NCBI RefSeq assembly: GCF_006345805.1
Contig: NC_043013.1
Location: 57,536,001 to 57,600,000 of the forward strand
Length of the DNA stretch: 64,000 nt
Source of the DNA: Octopus sinensis
Taxonomy: Eukaryota
Direction: 5' to 3'
Shown one piece after another: positions 27,254-39,196 of this stretch. The translations under genes and the position numbers were made by a program. Position 1 is the first letter of the stretch. Each line of letters starts with the position of its first letter. The notes under the pieces were generated by a model, which was not told where the DNA came from, searched no databases, and was given only the letters and a program-made list of their open reading frames with translations.

Positions 27254-28053
27254 TGAGGAATTTTGTCCTAGAAGTCACGCCTTTCATTTGAGGAAAAAAA
27301 TAGTTGTCATGCAAACTTGCCAGCACTTTTAACATAGGTGTGCATATTTTCAGCTCAACCGACCACATAATGCACACATTATATATATGTGTATATATAT
27401 GTATATATATGTGTGTGTGTGTGTGTGTGCACGCATTATATATACAAATGTATACAAATTATATATATATATGTATAAATTAAATTAGAGATAAAACCAC
27501 TAATAGGCAAATCAAACAGAGAAAAACAAAAAAACAAAAACATCAAAATAAAAATATAATATACAAAATATATAAAATATAAAATTGAAAACTTTAAATT
27601 ATTTAAATTTAAAATAAAAATTATTAATTTATATTTATAATTTTTTTAAAAATATATATAACTATCAAAAAGTATTAAAAAGTTTAATATACATAAATAC
27701 AGATATATACACTTTGTATATATACATTATATATACATATTTATATATAGAACACACACACACACATATATAAATGAACCCAATAAATATCTGATTCATA
27801 ATATTTGTTCTCATGATTGTGTGGTGGGTGTGGCAATGACAATTCTCTCTATGAATGCAGACAGACGTAGAGAGAGAGTGTGTGAAAGCGCTGTGGAAGG
27901 TGAGGAGGAGGAGGGGGAGATATAGAATGCCGTGTGACGAAGTTATAAAGAGAATGTGAAGGGGAGTTAGACGCCGTTATCGATGTTATATATAGAAAGT
28001 GATGGGAAGGGAGGAAATAGAGTGAGTGACGGAGGAAGGCAGATACACAATAG

Positions 28054-28410
28054 AAAAATTCAGTTACAACTATGATGTTGTTGATGAAACCTCTTCTTTG
28101 TCTATCTACTTATCCCCTTTGTGATTTTGGTTAATAGAATAACTATACAAATGAATCCTTTGAATTTAACTAAATTCTATATTTTCATGCAGTTGAAGAT
28201 TGCTCTACATTTTAAAACTGATGCAATATTTTCATTGTTCAATTAAATGGAGTCATATGAAACGATCGTACTGCATTACTTCTGGATATCCTTGTTGCTT
28301 ATTTTGATTGTAATCACTCCATTTTGAATTATATGTATAATACCATACCAAATTCTGGTGCCTTTTTCTTAAGTACCATATTCAACTGAATCTAAACTTT
28401 ACTGATCTTA
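28054..28410 (+). mobile_element. Hammerhead-containing repeat (putative PLE pseudo-LTR), longer copy
   Basis: Inverted partner of 24425-24668. The segment 28280-28410 is the reverse complement of 51970-52097. The hammerhead at 28188-28275 has core TTGAAGA (C3 to U). Confidence 0.75.
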
Positions 28411-28414
28411 TATA

Positions 28415-28630
28415 TATTATTCATATAAAATACAGTGTACATTAAAACACATTCAAAGACTTCCATCATAGGAATCCTTTACGCTAGAAAGAACAGTTAA
28501 AGTCCAAACCACTAATTAGGGATAAATTCTCGTCGTTTGGACTTTAACTGGGTTTTCTTTGCGTAAAGGATTTCTATGATGGAAGCCTCTAAATGTGTTT
28601 TAATGTACATTGTATTTTATATGAATAATA
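28415..28630. repeat. Imperfect palindrome (about 95-bp arms, 25-nt loop), MITE-like
   Basis: tattattcatataaaatacagtgtac...aaagtccaaac pairs with gtttggacttt...gtacattgtattttatatgaataata. Confidence 0.85.
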
Positions 28631-28727
28631 CGTAGTCTATTGACTAATTTTTCTATACGCTAGGCCACTGGTAGTAAAATTTCTAAAATTTTATCACCCT
28701 GATATTATTATGTATATATATATATAT

Positions 28728-28782
<55 letters not shown>

Positions 28783-28789
<7 letters not shown>

Positions 28790-29100
28790 ATAGAGGGCAT
28801 TATTGCACATAAATGCCTCACACTAAGAGGGACAAAGTCATTACTACCAAAAATAGATGTCTGTTCATCTTCGCTAGGTAAGGTTGGTGGTTTATTTATG
28901 ATGTGTTCAGAATCAGTTTTGCTGAGGATCATAAGACGTAAGTTAAATGTGAAATCACGGTGATACAGAACTAAATTCATTTTTTAAATGTCTTCCTTTG
29001 AAAAACTGCATTTAGGTATGATTAGTGTATTTTTGGTAGTAATGGCTTTGTCCCTCTTAGTGTGAGGCATTTATGTGTAATAATGCCCTCTATACAATAT
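28783..29100. mobile_element. Foldback element with 73-bp inverted arms and an internal hammerhead
   Basis: Arms 28783-28855 and 29028-29100. Adjacent to (TA)n. Confidence 0.85.
28915..28972 (+). ncRNA. Type I hammerhead ribozyme motif
   Basis: agttttg-CTGAGGA-tcat...atgt-GAAA-tcacggtga-TA-cagaact. Helix I has 7 bp (one G-U), the core is canonical and helix III is ATCAC-G-GTGAT. Predicted cleavage after 28965. Confidence 0.65.
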
Positions 29101-29235
29101 AGATATAATTAATTTGTTCAAAGGAAAAAAATTATTTTCGAATTCTTTTCTTTTATGAGGTTTTCACGCTAACTACCTGATAATTTCTTGTTAAGATTCC
29201 TTATTAAGAAGTTATCCTTAATTGTTAAACTTATA

Positions 29236-29288
<53 letters not shown>

Positions 29289-30094
29289 ATATATATACAT
29301 GTGTATGTGTATACAAACACACACATACAATTGCCCGTACGTATCAGCTTTCTAATAGCCCTATATATCAATGCCATGCTGCTAAAGTAACATCTGCGTT
29401 GGATCGAGCACTTTCCCAGAAATATCATCGTCAGTGCACCATTCTGCACTATGATGAACCCTGAACTAATGGTTTTGTTGGGTGTGGACTCTAGAAAATG
29501 TACGAAAAGTATCTGGAGATATTTCACCTATCCAATCTTCTTCTTCTTCTTCTCCTTCTTCTTCAAGACAAAGGAAGCTTGAGAGGGAAACGAAACCAAA
29601 CAGAGAGATTGTAATGTATTCATTTTCTTTTGGAAGGAAAACAACAAACGTTATACTCTATAAAGATATTTACAGAGAATTTTTTTTATATATTATTCTA
29701 TCACTTTCCTCTCTTATTAAATATAAACTTCACAATATTTTTATAATTATCTCTTTCACACAGGGATGAAATCTCCTGCTGGTATTATTCTTCTGTTTTT
29801 CTTTCTTTCACTAATCTTTTGTGAAATTGCTTCAACAGATAAAATATTCGAGGACGAAATTATCTTATAAATTGTCACCTCAAATCCGCAATAAGTGTCT
29901 AGATGTTTATTTTAGCTGTATATAATTCTGTGCACAGCAAGTGCCATATATCATAATGGATATCAGGTGATCAACGAATGTTTGCTGCATGAGTATGTAT
30001 TGTCTAACTATTCTTCATCATCAAAATTTCAGAGCCACGCATACATCTATAACATTAGTTCTGTTTTTAGAGTTATTAACAGTCCAGAGGCAAA

Positions 30095-30170
30095 CAGAAG
30101 AACGTAAAGACGTTTGGAACAAATGCCGCGAAGCATTGTGCCCGACGTGCTAACCATTCCCTCCGCTCAT
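30095..30170 (-). mobile_element. SINE family B head fragment
   Basis: Reverse complement reads ggagggaatggttagcacgtcgggcacaatgcttcgcggcatttg. Confidence 0.6.
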
Positions 30171-30766
30171 CCCCTAGGTAGTCATATTATTATTAATGTT
30201 CCCTACAGTGCAGTGAGCTGGCACAGTCTTTGGGGTGGGTTGGGGTTTGTTAATCAGTGTGGAAGTAAAAGACGTTTGATGAATGATTGCTGGAAGAAAG
30301 TCGTGAATGGTCAATCACAAGATACTTGTTTTGTGTTTTGTGAAGTCATTTGAAGAGTTGGCCCTTTTGTCAGTTATCTCACGACCAGATGGTTTTCTAA
30401 ATTCTTTCTCTTCGTAATTTTCTATGTTTTAGGTGTGTGTCTTGAGTGGTGGTGTTAATGAGGTGTAAGTTACATGTCTTTTGATTAAAATGTTTGTTGA
30501 TTGAAATGTTTTTTATATGTATTTTGGTTTGGGAGGGGAGGTGGGAAAGGTCATGCCAGCTCACATATTTATTTTCCCTTTAAACAAAAAGTATATATAC
30601 ATTTCTCTTTCTCTCTTTCTACATACATGCACATATACATGTATACATACACACATATACATATACAAATACACACCTACATTTGTATACATATGCATAC
30701 ACGAACACACATACATACATACGTGTACATACATACATACGTATACACACATACATACATATCTAT

Positions 30767-30819
<53 letters not shown>

Positions 30820-32266
30820 GATAGATAGATATGTATGTATGTGTGTACACGTATATGCGTGTGTGAATTTTATGTGTGTAATTTCCGATGAAGAGATTCC
30901 TTAATAAATTCAGATTCAAGATTATATATTAAAAACAAAAGAGAAAAGAGCTGTTGACCTAGAATCTAGCTTTGAATTCACGAGAATGTTCAAACAATCA
31001 AAACCAGGAAACCTCGAGGATGTTGAAACTTTATTTCAAGTCCTGTTTTTGCCTTTTATGTTTTTGCAGTGAAATTGTTTCATTAAACAGTTCTCAGTTA
31101 CGAGATGAAAATTTCATGCCCCATCAAGTAAAATTTGAAGACAAATTAACAGGATTCACTGCTATTAAAATACTGTTCCTCGATCAAGTGGCGAAATAGT
31201 TTTATTATACACACACACATACACGCACAGAGGATTTATTAAGACAGGACACTGTACGTAGGAAGAGCTGGATGTAATGTTTTAAAACGAGATTTTAGAA
31301 TAGGACACAGTAAAGGGGTGGAGTGAGATGGTCGGACACCAGCACAAAGGAACAGAGGCGAAAGTAGTTTTCTTTAGTACAGTGGAGATAGATTGACAGT
31401 GAAAGTCTAGTGAGAAAGAGAAATGGAGAAAGGAAGGAGAGCGGGAGGAAGAGAGAGAGGAAGAGAGAAGGCAAGAAGGCGGGAGGAAGAGAGAGAGAGA
31501 GAGAGGAAGGGCGAGTGCTGGAAGGAGGGATGGAAAGAGCTAACGAGAAGAGTTTTTACGTCTATGATCCAGAATTTGGAGTGAGATGGTGAGCAGTCTC
31601 GTACCATTTGGTTGTGTGAACTTCTTTTGGACTGAACATATTTGAAATTCTGGTGAGCAATATTTGCAATAAGATACGATTTATTAAAGATTGTTATCGT
31701 TTGGAATGCCATGAATCCTTCAGAGTCTCAAGTGCATTTTCGAAGAAAATTACACGATGAGATCTACACGCATCTGCAAGACATCAATATTATTCACAAA
31801 AAGATTTGTCCGGAAAAATTGCTTCTATCTTATTTTATTTGCAGAGAACTTGAAATAAACGAAAAATAAATGATATTGCATCTTTCAGTATTTTTAGGGA
31901 AGAAAATTTATTTAAATTTTGTTTTATAAGTTTATTAAAACATCAATAAAATTTAGGAAAAAAATTTTAACCATCCATGTGTGGTTGATATTTTACTTGA
32001 CATATATCACTTTTAAAGACAGAATTCTAACAAACCATACATTCCACTTTACCTGGTATACAAACCATTTTTATTATTTATTGCAATCTGATACGATGAC
32101 GACAGCCCTATCTTTTGTTTTATCTGAATTTATTTTCATTCTTCTTTTTCAGATATATGTTATTTTTCTTTTGCTTTAAATCTTACTTTTCTGCACCATT
32201 GATTTTTATATTTTAAAGATTTTGAGAGCAAAAACAAACGAGCAAGCAAAACAACCCAAAAATTGA

Positions 32267-32389
<123 letters not shown>

Positions 32390-32617
32390 CAGAACAAAAT
32401 AAAATGCTGCTTTTGACCTTGAGCTAATAAAAAGAACTGAGCAGCGTAAGAAAGTATAGACTGGGAAGCAAAAAAACAAGCAGACGATTTCTATAAACAA
32501 CAGCGATTCCATCTTTCCAGAAACTGGGGATTTATAAATTGTAAACAACGATGGAATTACACCGGTTATTTTCAAATAAACAACAAATAAATTAATAACT
32601 AGATACGGTTATATATA

Positions 32618-32779
32618 GGCGCAGGAGTGGCTGTGTGGTAAGTAGCTTGCTAACCAACCACATGGTTCCGGGTTCAGTCCCACTGCGTGGAATCTTGGGC
32701 AAGTGTCTTCTGCTATAGCCCCGGGCCGACCAAAGCCTTGTGAGTGGATTTGGTAGACGGAAACTGAAAGAAGCCTGTC

Positions 32780-32819
<40 letters not shown>

Positions 32820-33058
32820 TATATATATATGTATGTATGTATGTATGTGTGTGTATATGTTTGTGTGTGTGTGTTTGTCCCTCTAGCATTGCTTGAAAAC
32901 CGATGCTGGTGTGTTTACGTCCCCGTCACTTAGCGGTTCGGCCAAAGAGACCGATAGAATAAGTACTGGGTTACAAAGAATAAGTCCCGGGGTCGATTTG
33001 CTCGACTAATGGCGGTGCTCCAGCATGGCCGCAGTCAAAATGACTGAAACAAGTAAAA
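32618..33058 (+). mobile_element. Full-length tRNA-derived SINE, family A
   Basis: Near-identical to 20473-20862, with a longer internal (TA)n/(TATG)n tract. Confidence 0.9.
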
Positions 33059-33989
33059 GCGCAAAAGAGAGTATATGTATGTGTGTGCGTGTGCTGATGT
33101 GTGTGTGTATGTATGCATATAAATGTGTATAAATATATATGTAAATATAAATACCCATGGATTTGTGGCTTATGTGTATACTTACGTATATGTATACCTA
33201 TACGCACATAAAACAATGTAAATAAAATAACATACCAAACATACAATATAAATTTTAAAAGCAATTAATTTAAGTGTACATTGTACTTTATTATTAAAAT
33301 ACTTCTTGCTGCATGTTTCCGGCTCGTCTTCCATCGCGTTGAAATCTGTGCATCCAGCTCTAATAATTAACATGAAGTAATATCTATGCTGACAATTGAT
33401 CCTGGATATTAATGGACTATATTAGAAAATTAGAAAGTTTATAAGGTTCGAGCTAGAAGTCTTGGCGTCACTCACATAAACAGAGTCGAAATAACTCTTA
33501 AAATTAATGCTATTGAAGAGTAATATTTTCTAAATATATCTTTTAAGGAACACTAGCCTTAGTCATACACTTTATCCTTCTATTGTATATGGTGATGTTT
33601 ACATATACATATATTCCTCTGAGATCGTGTTGGATATATTTGTGTTAGGAATCATCGTAAGATTTGTCGTTTTTTAGAACGAACTTGTCGAGTCTTCTCG
33701 AGATTTATTTTAGAAATGCGTTTTATTAATTTGTCCAATTTTTATATCCTCTTTATCTCAGCATTTTGGACATCGGTCTGTGCATGAAAGTTTTTGTAAA
33801 GTTGCACAATCGTTGTTTTAAGTGTTCCTCTACAACACTTCTTATAGCACAGCGTTGCAGCTTCTGAGTAATAGAAAGAGAGAGAGAGAAATAATTAAGT
33901 TGATATCGATGGGATTTGAACTCAAAGAGAAGGGAGCTGGAATAAATATAAAACACTCTGCTAACCGCCTGGAAGGTACTGCAATGTTG

Positions 33990-34292
33990 TTGATGATGAA
34001 GCTAAAACGCAGCAGCAGCAGTAGCGGTAGTAGTAGTAGTAGCAGTAGTAGCAGTAGTAGTAGTAGTCGTAGTAGTAGTAGTGCTGGTGGTGAAGATGCC
34101 AGTCAATTAAATACCTTCCCATCGAATATTTTTCTTGATGTGGGTGCTGTTTCCTATCGTTTTCCACATCTGAGGTTTATGGATGTTTAAGATCTGTTGG
34201 GGGGAATTTTTCCTACTTATGTAGAGGAAGCAGTGACGCATATTAACTAGCAGCAACAATAGCAGCAGCAGCAACAGCAGCAACAACAACAA

Positions 34293-34325
<33 letters not shown>

Positions 34326-34370
34326 TAGTATGATGATGAGAGTGGTGATGGTAATGGTGATGGTAATGTT
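33990..34370. repeat. Compound (GCA)/(GTA)/(CAA) microsatellites
   Basis: Read directly from the sequence. Confidence 0.9.
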
Positions 34371-34419
34371 TCGCCATGTGTCCAAGCAGACATAACCTCG
34401 TAAATGTTTCAACTCAAAT

Positions 34420-35300
34420 TTTCATACATTTACAACTGCTTGGTCAACTTGTCTTTCGCCGATGACAATTGCTAAGGTTTGACTCAAGTATATTCGCCTC
34501 TGATTCTTAGCAAGTCAAGCGACGATGTTGATACGCTCTCGTCATCGCTGGAAAGCTTATTTACGTCTATCAGAAGTTGTGATAATCAATCTAATTGTAG
34601 AAAGATAATTATAAAGTTATAATTATCTTTCAACAGTTAGATTGGATTCATATGATTTGATAAGGAATTTCGATTTCGACCATTGCAGGACCTCTCCATG
34701 ATACTGTCATATTTGTTTGGTTAAATTTGTGTTGTTGCGAGAATATTTTAGTTTTGTATCTGTTTTCATGTATGTGATATTAAAGTAATAACTGCATTCC
34801 TATTGAAACTGCAACATTTCAACAGCATTGAATCGATCTATTAAAATTTCACTTTAGTGTTTGGTTCCACAGAATCAATAGTTATTATGGATTTGACAAT
34901 GGTAACCATATTAATTAAGCTTCGATTAACTGAAGCCATATTAATACACCCAAGGGAATATTAACGAGACCACATCTATAATTTCTCGGAAGCCAATAGA
35001 CATCGAGAGTATGGAAGCGAGAAGACTAGATTCTTTAAGGTAACTAATTTACGACTAATCAATTGAGTTTAGTTCCATGCGGATTAACTCTGTTTTTCAT
35101 TTCGCTGACTTTACTATAGCGCTAATATACTCATTCAAATTCGATGTATTCATTTTCCTCCGTCGTATTACAGATAAAACCCACACTGTCTTATCTATGG
35201 AATTCTAACCGTGGGGCTTGGACGATCCTGATGCTATGGGAAAAAGAAAAGTCCAGGACATTAAGCGATGCAACCAAAGACGAGACCTCAGGGTTGTGAA
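34420..35300 (+). mobile_element. Highly degraded RTE-like LINE endonuclease and linker region
   Basis: QVYSP...DDVDT (compare QVYAPT...DEE) and later remnants resembling the DH and W.SD.T segments. Many stops. Confidence 0.35.
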
Positions 35301-35668
35301 ACGGATTTCTCAAGCGGACCTATTCGCCTGCATCCTACGCATTAATCCACGGGGTAAATATGATCAAATGACCAGAAAAATATTGTTTATGAAATAGGTC
35401 AAGAGATACTAATATTAAACATTACTGGTTTAGCATAAAAGAATCATTGAATTGCGGTCCAGGCGGGGCATTGCATTTAATTTCAGTCTCCGTCGGTGAT
35501 ATCGAGTTCAGCATTTGTTTGTTCCTCAGTTTATTGAGCTCTGCCTGGGACGTCTTCTATTATAAAGGATTCAACACGACAACCGCATTCTACCGTTATA
35601 CAGAAATACATAGAGCACAGAAAACACAATGACTATATGTGTGTGTGTGTGTGTGCGTGTGAGTGTGT

Positions 35669-35706
<38 letters not shown>

Positions 35707-35715
35707 GTATGTGTG

Positions 35716-35925
35716 GAGGCATGTGGCTTAGTGGTTAGGGTGTCAGCATCACGATCGTAAGATTGTGGTTTCGATTCCTGGACCGGGCGACGCGTTGTGT
35801 TCTTGAGCAATACACTTCATTTCAGTCCACTCAGCTGGCAAAAATTAGTAACGCTGCGATGGACTGGCGCCCCGTCCAGCTGGGGAACACATACGCCATT
35901 GAAACCGGGAAACCTAGGCTTTAAA
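35716..35925 (+). mobile_element. SINE family C
   Basis: ggaggcatgtggcttagtggttagg (A box), ggtttcgattcc (B box) and cttgagcaatacactt. Confidence 0.8.
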
Positions 35926-37361
35926 AGGGCGCATTTATTTATTTTATGCGTCTATGTAAGCACACACACGCATATGGCAGCCTTCCATGCAGTTTCCGTC
36001 TCCTGCATTATTTTCACAAGAGATTGAACAACGCGATTCCAAAATACAGTAAACCAATATTTGGTTAAACGAAGAATGTGATAATTTCCATGAGATCTCT
36101 TAGCCACACGCATCTGCCTGCTTCAAATTCTACATACTTAACCAGACAATGAACATAGTATTGTACTATTAACTTAGGTGTTTTTATGGTAAAAGCTACG
36201 CATGTTTCAGTTACCTGCTATATTTGCCAAAATAATAAAAAAAAAATCAGTATTAGCCATTCGCTAATATTCATTCCACCCCACTCCTATTATATATCCA
36301 TTTAACTCCATAATGCCCCGTACCGTAATTTAGTTTCCAAAGACTTCCCCACAAGATAATATGTTGCCTTGTCACAATGTTTTAACATTTCTTTCACGAG
36401 GATGCTTCTTTAATAGCAGAGGTTATTTAGAATAAATTACAATCTACTATCTATGACACAAATTTATATTACTGATACAAAACTAAAGTCAATTTTATTT
36501 CTATTCTTGATTTGATAAAATGAATAACAATCTCAGTGAATAAATATTTCAAGTTGAACCAAGCAAAAATATAAAAGCAAACACAACCGTGTAGACCTGA
36601 CAGTTTAATCTACATTCATAAAATTATATTTACATCGATTTTCCCCAACCAAGAAAAAAGATGGCTTATTTACATGGAAACTATGTTGTCTATTCTATTC
36701 TATGCATTTAGATTGAATATTCCAGGAGGTTTGGGAAAATAATTAAAGTTGGTGAAAATGAAAATGAAATTAAGAAGTAAATAAATGTAAAGAAGAGGAT
36801 ATAAAATAGGAGGTAGAGAACAAATTGGTTGTATTTGTATGTAAAGTATATCAATGGCTAAGAAGTAAAGTAATTATACTTCTATATTTTGATGATGAAC
36901 TTCCATAGATATTTCAGTAGGTTTATTGGAAATGTTTATCTTACTTTCGTCAGCTCAACAAACAAGCTGCATTCTCACTGATAAATATCGCTGTTTTGTC
37001 TTCAGATGCCATATTTCTATGATATCATTTGAAGGTAGAAACAGCAAAACTTATCTGATATTCAAACAAACAAAATAATGAAATGAAACAAAAGAGACAA
37101 ATAACGGGGCTTCAGTCAGTTGGCGGGGAACATATCTTGCACTACATATAGTTACAAATATCATGATTATGATAAAATTAAGTTATGTGTATGGGAATAT
37201 GTATATATAAACGCGTGTGTGTGTGCATACATAGATAAATGGCTACATATGTTCCCGCACAAAATATGCGTGTCTATATGTGTGCATATCTATTTATGAT
37301 TGAACTCATATACAGGTATTTGTGTTTGTATTTATTGTGAGTCTGTGCATGTGTATGAATA

Positions 37362-37453
<92 letters not shown>

Positions 37454-37574
37454 TGTTTGAGTGTATATATATATTTATACATCTATGTATGCATATATAT
37501 AGATGTGTATATGTATAAGCATGTATACATTACATAGCAATAAATTTGTAAATATACATACATACATACTTACA

Positions 37575-37642
<68 letters not shown>

Positions 37643-38639
37643 TATATGCATATATATATTCATACACACACACACACACACATATATATACATACATATG
37701 ATTGTATGTGATTGTTAGTGTGAGAAAGAGATGGAGAGCAAATAAGAGAGAGAAACACCTGCTGATTTTAGCTGTCAAAATGTTTTATGTAAAGGAAAAA
37801 GACAAGACGAACTATCTGATAATATTGTCTATAATGACAATGTTTTGTGACAAGATGCATTTAATGAAGAAGTTTAGCTCAAGTTGAATATTATTATCTC
37901 CTTGTACAACTGACTATTAATCTCATTTTTAAAAACACAGCAAAATGAATCTAACTTATAATATCTGATAACCTTTAAAGTGAGCCGCTCATTATTTATC
38001 AAGACAATAACGACTCGCCCCAAAGCCTATCTCTTCTGACCAATTGTCAGCTAACTCTTTTCAACGTACAAATACATTACTACAACAGTGCTCTTAGTCA
38101 CAACAGTTTTTGCTAAAGACTTTACTGATTTTTCATTGATTCTATTTATTTCACTGCTGCAGTACACTTAGCATTGTTGTAAAATGTCTATACGTTGTTA
38201 TTTCACTGTTATCTGCCCCGTTTTACTTTTTCTTTCGGAATTCGTTCACAACAATTTCAATCAGTTTAATCTTTCTTACAATTTAAAATACTTCGGATTG
38301 TTTTTTTTCCTTTTATCCAACTTAGATTTCCACAATCCACACACTTTTAATGATTCTCTTTAAACATTAACCATACTAAATTCGTCTTCATTCCAATATC
38401 CCGATTACCAACTCAATTATGAGACTACTCTGATGCCACGAATATTTATGATTAACTATTTTTTTCTGAATAGGCCGATTTTGGGCAAATTCTCTATTTA
38501 CCGTTTCGAGGGAGTGTGATAAAAGCCAATGAATCACTGAACAGTAGTGCTTCCACAGCCTCTCCTACCATGGCATTGCTGCCGCGACAGCTGTTCAGGT
38601 TTTTATTGAAACAAACTACTCAAAGAGGATTAACTGCTA

Positions 38640-38839
38640 AGTTACGGGGGGGGGGCATACACACACCAACATCGGTTGCCAAATGACGGTGAGGAGAAAA
38701 AGACAGACACACAAAATTGTACATATGTATATACGTCGGGCTTCTTTCAGTTTCCGTTTTTGGTTGGCCCGTAACTATAGTAGAAGACACTTGCCAAAGG
38801 TGCCACATAATGGGACTGAACGCAGACCATGTGGTTGTG

Positions 38840-38845
<6 letters not shown>
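38640..38845 (-). mobile_element. SINE family A, partial and degraded
   Basis: gggcttctttcagtttccgt and agaagacacttgccaaaggtgccacataatgggactgaac match the reverse complement of family A. Confidence 0.7.
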
Positions 38846-38875
<30 letters not shown>

Positions 38876-38884
38876 ATTGTTGCG

Positions 38885-39150
38885 TGTTCCGTCTCGAGCC
38901 AAGCCTGGCTCATAAGGGCCGGTATCCTGGTTTCATTGGCCAATAGGTTTCCCACCTGGACGGGAGGCCGGTCCGTCACAGGTGAGCTGCTAGATATAGG
39001 AAGAAAGAGTGAGAGAAATTTGTGGTGAAAGAGTCATCAGAAGTTCGCCATTACCTTCTACCGGTGTCGCATGGAGCTCAAAAACACACACATCGCCCGG
39101 TTTGAGATTCAAACCCGCGATCCCCTAACCACTAGGCCATGTGCCTCCAC
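38885..39150 (-). mobile_element. SINE family C-related element
   Basis: Minus-strand head gtggaggcacatggcctagtggttagg...gggtttgaatctc, with body sequence downstream. Confidence 0.65.
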
Positions 39151-39196
39151 GTATGTATATATGTATGTACACACACACACACACGCACATATATAT

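Noticed and set aside
24425-28298. Single DNA transposon (Mutator or Polinton type) with 240-bp TIRs
   Set aside because: No TSD, no transposase, the right repeat extends beyond the left, and the repeat occurs elsewhere as solo fragments.
33290-33360. Possible short minus-strand exon (ELDAQISTRWKTSRKHAAR)
   Set aside because: Weak splice sites, no partner exons and no recognisable homology.
37950-38620. Possible CR1/L2-like LINE remnant on the minus strand
   Set aside because: Only compositional resemblance; no diagnostic motif could be read.
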